Shown here piece by piece: positions 56,431 to 64,000 of a stretch of DNA of 64,000 bases. The notes under the pieces are model-generated. The model was not told where the DNA came from and searched no databases. It was given only the letters and a program-made list of their open reading frames with translations. A program made the position numbers and the translations under genes. Position 1 is the first letter of the stretch; the number at the start of each line of letters is the position of its first letter. Location of the stretch: the NCBI RefSeq assembly GCF_009914755.1, contig NC_060936.1. One strand, 5' to 3'. The DNA is from the human T2T-CHM13v2.0 reference genome, Homo sapiens.

Positions 56431-57684
56431 ACACTTAGCTTTTAATTGGTGATTTATAACCATCAGCTTTTCATTGCCTTTTTTCTCCAGAGCCTCAATT
56501 GTCCCCAGCAATTGCCATCTAATTATATTTTTCTTAGAATTTCTGTTATCCTCAAATTCTCAAAGTCCCAATACATTTCTTTCTATTGGTTTATCATCCT
56601 AGTTTAGCACTGGTGCAAGTGACAATTGTATTGTCCACTTTGATACAGCTTTCTTAGAATCCAGTTTCATACATATTCTTTTGACTTCTTCTAGTATGTG
56701 TTGGGTAGGTGAGAGGTGTATGGTGGACCTAGAATTATCAGGAATCCACCACCAGTGATGAGGTTTTCATTGCCAGCCAGACGATATTTAAACCCCCATA
56801 TTCCATCATAGCATCTGCTTTTCTGGAATACTACTGCTACCAACTGAGGCAGACTCTGGAATAGAGATTAGTATGTGGGAGACTTATTAGGGAGTACTTT
56901 CAGGGCTAACAACTTTTCTGGAAGGATAGGAAAAAGGACTGGGCAGAAGGAGAAATTAGGCTGTGATTCGGTCTTCACATAGCCTCAGCCAACTTTACAG
57001 GGGCTCAGAAGGTGGGATGGCTTTTCAAAGTTGTCCTAAATTGTGATGAAGGGACCATTAGTCTTGTGCACTGACCAGTCATTTTATGGGGCTGTGTTCA
57101 TGGGCGATGCAGCTATCTTCAGCTGAGGGTAGTTCTTGGAGAGCTGAGGGCTCTCTGCCAGCAGCACTTCTAGCTGCTGGGGAATGTAAACCTTTCAGTC
57201 CTGAAGTGGGGATCTGGGTAGCCACCACAGAACCCACTTAATACTTATCCACTAACAAATGTAATTTCAATGATAAGTCTGAGACAGTTACAGACTTTTG
57301 CATAATTTTTTCTTATTGATATGAAAGAGGGAGCTAGAGAGGAGGAAGGCGTTAGGCATCGAAGGGAGTATAGGACATCTAACGGGATTGCAGAGAAAGG
57401 TAAAGCTGCTGAGAAAGAAGAAACACTTCTCTGATTCCATGAAATGCATCTAGGAATTCAACTGTGAAGAAATGGAGGCAGAAGGCTGTATTATTATTAT
57501 TACTATTTGTGCTTTGTCCTTCAGGCGCTTAGCAGAGATCTTGTCTAACTTCCAACATAGTGTGACATGGCATGGTTTGTGGAGATTTTTTTAACCTAAT
57601 TAAAATAACTCTAATTTCAGAAGATTCTTCTTTGAGTTGTCATTTTTTTGGAGTTCACTAATAGTAGCATTTATTTATTGGTGC

Positions 57685-58060
57685 TGCATGTTTGGTTCAC
57701 CAGGAAGCATACTCTGAGATGCTGTTAATGTTTCAGGTTGTGCATGAAGGAGTACTCTTAGGATCAAACCTTGGAAGAGAGGTAGAAGCAGCAGGGTTGG
57801 CATGGAGAGGGGTCTAGCTGTGATGTAGACCCAGCCCAGCAGTCTTAGCTGATTCCATGGGGAGCTCTGGAGCTAAAAAGGCCTGGCAGGGATGTCTTGC
57901 ATTGGGCCAACATTTCCAGTCCTTTTAACCCTAATCAGTCATTTGACTGTGGGCTGCCCCTAGAAGGATATGACTTTTAGGGGAGACGGTTCTCTATGGC
58001 TGAGACTGAGACAGCCCCAGAAGGGGCTGACAGCAAAAGCTGCACACTCCACAGCTGTGG
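57685..58060 (-). mobile_element. ERVL solo LTR, LTR16-like
   Basis: GGAAGCATACTCTGAGATG...CCATGGGGAGCTCTGGAGCT...GTGGGCTGCCCC. Confidence 0.65.
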
Positions 58061-58809
58061 CCATAGATCTTCCTAGTGACTCTCTCAATGTCACATGGCT
58101 CAGAAGTGGTAAGGAATCTAGGATTTCTGACGCCTACTTAAGAGAGTTTCTGTCTTTTACGTGCTGCCTCTCAGCTCATGTGACTACCCAGTGGGACAAG
58201 CACCAAGCTTGCCAGTATGTTCTCCAGGACTTGTTCTTGGCAGCAGTGGCTGAGCTATGTGGACTTTATGTGAAAGTAATATTTTTGAAAAACCTCAGGT
58301 GGCCTAGGTTTAGCGGAGTAAGTTCCAGGATTGGCTGAGGCAAAGAATTTCTGGCATGGAGTCATTGCTAATTCACTAAGTTCTCTCAGACAATTTATTA
58401 TAAATCTGAAGGCACGCTGAACTGGCCAGCTTGCTTCCCATTTTTGTTCATTTCCAGGGTGAATACTAAGTTTGGCGTCTCACTGGCTCTCTTTGCTGCC
58501 TGAGTATGTCAGTCTTGATCTAAAAATAGCCTGAATCCTCCTAGGGTCAATGTGGGTTGACTAGGGTTCAATTTTTCTGGAACCCTGAGGAGGTTGGAGA
58601 GGAGGATGAAGGGAGTCATGAAGAAGAGAAAGAAGAGATTTTATTTGCGGTAGACATGGATGGCTTTGAGTATTACAAAACAAGAGAAATTGCTTCAGGA
58701 AGGCTAGCTTAACATAGAAGAGGTTGTTCATTAACCTTTAAGAAAGCAAAGAATTGTTATGCAGCTGTGTAGGCACAGTAGGAGAGAGACAATGATTGAT
58801 GGCTGAGGA

Positions 58810-59030
58810 GATGGCATGGAGGTAAAGCAAAACATGGTCCAGGAGTCAAAAGCTCTGGATTCTAGCTCTTACTCTGCTTCTTAACTAGAATGCACCTTTG
58901 GGTCAAAGTCTTCATCTCCCTTGGTTTTAGTATCTCCATGTTTAAAATGGGTCTGATTATGTCAAATTTGCCTTATTCCGTTGATTGTTACAGGGAACAA
59001 ATGAAGCAATGGATGTAAGTGTGTGAAGTT
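58810..59030 (+). mobile_element. MIR
   Basis: GGAGTCAAAAGCTCTGGATTCTAGCTCTTACTCTGC...TTTAAAATGGG. Confidence 0.7.
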
Positions 59031-59544
59031 CCATATAAAAAAGAATGAATTTCTTAGGCCCCTTCATACAAATTCCAGGACTTTGGGCAATTTTTGGGAC
59101 TCTGTGATACATACAAAACGGATAGTAGAGTTTGGAAGATCATATATCCTGGAGGTTCTAATTATCTTGGTAATGGTAGGAGTCTTGACTTAGCTACTAC
59201 TTTGGAAGTCCTCTTGATGTTGAGAATTCACTGGGCCCTTATAGGCGGCTTCTGTCTGTCTCGACTCTTAGACAAAATGAAGTTCGTTTGAAGCAACTGA
59301 AAGTTCAGGAAATGAGTCAGGATGACTAAGAGTTGCTAGTGGTGCAACATGATGTGGATCCAACAAAAATATATTGTTGGTGTAGAAATTTGTTAAGGTT
59401 TGAGGACTAACTCACATTTTGTGAGAACTGAATCAAGTAAAATGATATTTTGAATTAAAATTCTCTACAAATTCCTGATGAAGACTCATGTATGAGAAGA
59501 CCGTAATATTTAATGGAAGAGATCAGAAACAGGACTCATCTGGT

Positions 59545-60150
59545 CTATTGTAGTAGTCTTCCAACTCATCTTACTATGTCTAGTTTTTCCTGTTTCCGTT
59601 ATTCTATATATTCTTAAAAGAGTTAACTTTCTAAATCAGTTTGTGCCATTTTCCCTGCTTACCTCTGTTGCCTTTAGACTAAGGTCTCAGCCTTGCATAT
59701 ACCAGAATCTAGGGCAGGGATCTTGTCTGCTGTGTTCACTGCTGTGGCTGCATTATCTAGCATGATTCCTAGCATATAGTAAGTGCCCAGTAATACTCAT
59801 TCATGAATTAATAAAGGTTATACATGATTCAGCCTTAATCTATACTTCCAATTACTTTTCCTAACCATCTTCCCTAGCTCCACATGTCTACCTAGACAAG
59901 TTGCTCACAGTTCCCCAAATTCGTTTGGTTATCTCAATCCATGTCTTTGGCATACGTGTCTTGCTGCCTAGAATACCGTCCCACATTTCCATTCCATTTT
60001 GTTCTACAATGCTCACATTGTGTATGCTGTAGGGCAGTTGTTTCCATGTCTGTCTCTCTTTCTTACAAGATATTATCTTATTCATCTTTGTATCAGTCTA
60101 GTTCCTCGATGTAATAGGTACTTAATTAATGTGTGTCAAATGGTCAAATG
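59545..60150 (+). mobile_element. L2 fragments (two 3' ends)
   Basis: AGGGCAGGGATCTTGTCTGCTGTGTTCACTGCTG...GCATATAGTAAGTGCCCAGTAA. Confidence 0.6.
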
Positions 60151-60515
60151 GATGTATTTTATGATAAACCAAATAGCTTAATGATTTGTTTACCATATTC
60201 TCTCTGTGGGCTATAACTAAAGAACTGGAAGCAAGAGTGAAAAGTTAAACACCACAGGTACTAGGCCAAGAAATATTCCTTTTGTTTTCAGTTTTCAAGA
60301 TGAGAACCAGTGATATGTTTCATTGTTACAAATCTTTAGACTCAACCACTTATCACAAACCTAAATTCTGGTGCTAATAAGGTTCTTTCTGTAAAACATC
60401 TTCTGTTATTTGGGAGAAAACAACTCTCTTCTGAGGATATTGACTGCACCACCAAGTTCTGGCTCAATATTTTACACATTCCTAAAATGAACCAGTTGAA
60501 AGAAGGTGATAACTC

Positions 60516-62882
<2,367 letters not shown>

Positions 62883-63016
62883 TTGAAGGAAGGTAATAAC
62901 TCAGTACATTTTTTTCTCCTATTGGAGAAACAATTTGAAGTATTTGTATATTACTTTGGATGGTAGGACTTTTTGTAAAGGATTAGATTATATATAATAA
63001 TGACTCAAATAACATA

Positions 63017-63119
63017 ATTTAGTGATTATGTTAGGTATGGTGTCATGTGTCATTTAGTGATTATATTAGGTGCTCTGTCATAGTCATCATTATAACATGA
63101 TTTAGTGATTTTATTAGGT
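63017..63119. repeat. Three imperfect 20-bp direct repeats
   Basis: ATTTAGTGATT(ATG/ATA/TTA)TTAGGT at 63017, 63052, 63100. Confidence 0.85.
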
Positions 63120-63859
63120 GCCCTGTTAAGCATAGTCAAAACTGACACAGTGCTGAATACAGTAAGATATTCAATAAGTCACTATTAAATTATCTTAAAA
63201 AGGAATTCTTGTTTGGATTTTTATTGGAGAGGGATATTTAGGCTATGTGTGGAAATGAAGACATATTGCAAAGTTAGGCAAAGCCCTGGAAAATATTTTT
63301 CATTTAATTTCTATTTTCTATGTTCCATATTTACTGGTCTTAAATACCGCTTTAATTGGTAAGAATCCCTTTAAAGATAACCTGGACACAGAATTGATTC
63401 ATGACTTGTTAGCATCGTGAAAGCTGGAGACAGAACAGAATGTTCTGGATCCTCAGCCACATTATCATACCCATTTTAAGGACTGAATACCACGTGTATT
63501 CAAATACGCATGTGCCTAATAACCATGTTGAGATTATTGTGGGGTTTCTAGAGTTAAAGACTAACTTTACTTTTTACCACCTTTCTGCTTAGCTATTTAG
63601 GGAGAGCATAGTTGATTTCTAGTTCTCTCAAAGTAGATGATTTAAGTCTACTGTTCCACTCTCAGTTTTTCTTTCCTGTTCTATGTACTTGCACATAGGT
63701 TTTAGATTATCTATATGTTGCAAGCTCTCTGTGCCGAAGGAACCCATCTTTGTTATAAATGCCTGAAGGTTGACTATATTCTCCCTTTGTTCTATCTTTT
63801 GTTCTTATAGTAATTAGTATAATCTACCTAATAAAAAAAGGGGGCACTTAACTATTTCC

Positions 63860-63975
63860 TAAAGACTTCTTAAGAACTTCTGCATGTATTATCTAATTTA
63901 ATCCACACAAAAGTCTTATGAGGTGAGTGTTGTCATTTCCATTTTGTAAAGGAGAAAATGAGCTAAGAAAGATCT
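63860..63975 (-). mobile_element. MIR fragment
   Basis: TTATGAGGTGAGTGTTGTCATTTCCATTTTGTAAAGGAGAAAATGAG. Confidence 0.6.
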
Positions 63976-64000
63976 TATTATTTGAAAAACCATATTACTA

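Noticed and set aside
57500-58510. Small exon-like intervals (57525-57574; 58458-58503)
   Set aside because: Acceptors are plausible but donors are weak, with no coding signal; indistinguishable from chance without RNA data.
63017-63119. CRISPR-like repeat-spacer layout
   Set aside because: Only three imperfect repeats, unequal and mutually related spacers, no cas genes, primate DNA.

Overview
Human (or very closely related hominine) nuclear DNA: the window opens with a near-consensus AluYa5. It is AT-rich and dominated by transposable elements: about 20 Alu/FLAM copies, several L1s (a full-length L1PA16-like, a nearly full-length L1PB1-like, truncated L1PA/L1PB/L1M copies), MaLR, ERVL and ERV1 LTR elements, and L2/MIR/MER5 relics. 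No host protein-coding exon, rRNA, tRNA, CRISPR array or prokaryotic system can be supported. The ORF-track entries with recognisable sequence are Alu read-throughs or decayed L1/ERV frames, and the rest look like chance ORFs. The main interest is structural. (1) A 1.2-kb ERV1 transcript (R-U5-PBS-pol end-env tail-PPT-U3-R-polyA) appears to have been inserted by L1 machinery rather than integrase (36157-37385). (2) An old two-LTR ERVL provirus can be rebuilt across 42.7-57.2 kb; within it one L1-endonuclease site appears to have been hit three times in series. (3) A probable 177-bp 3' transduction follows the L1PB. (4) A 39-bp patch of a MER74 LTR sits inside a MaLR provirus 3.5 kb away. Subfamily names come from recalled consensus diagnostics and need RepeatMasker/Dfam confirmation. 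Boundaries without a target-site duplication (TSD) are approximate. I cannot identify the locus.
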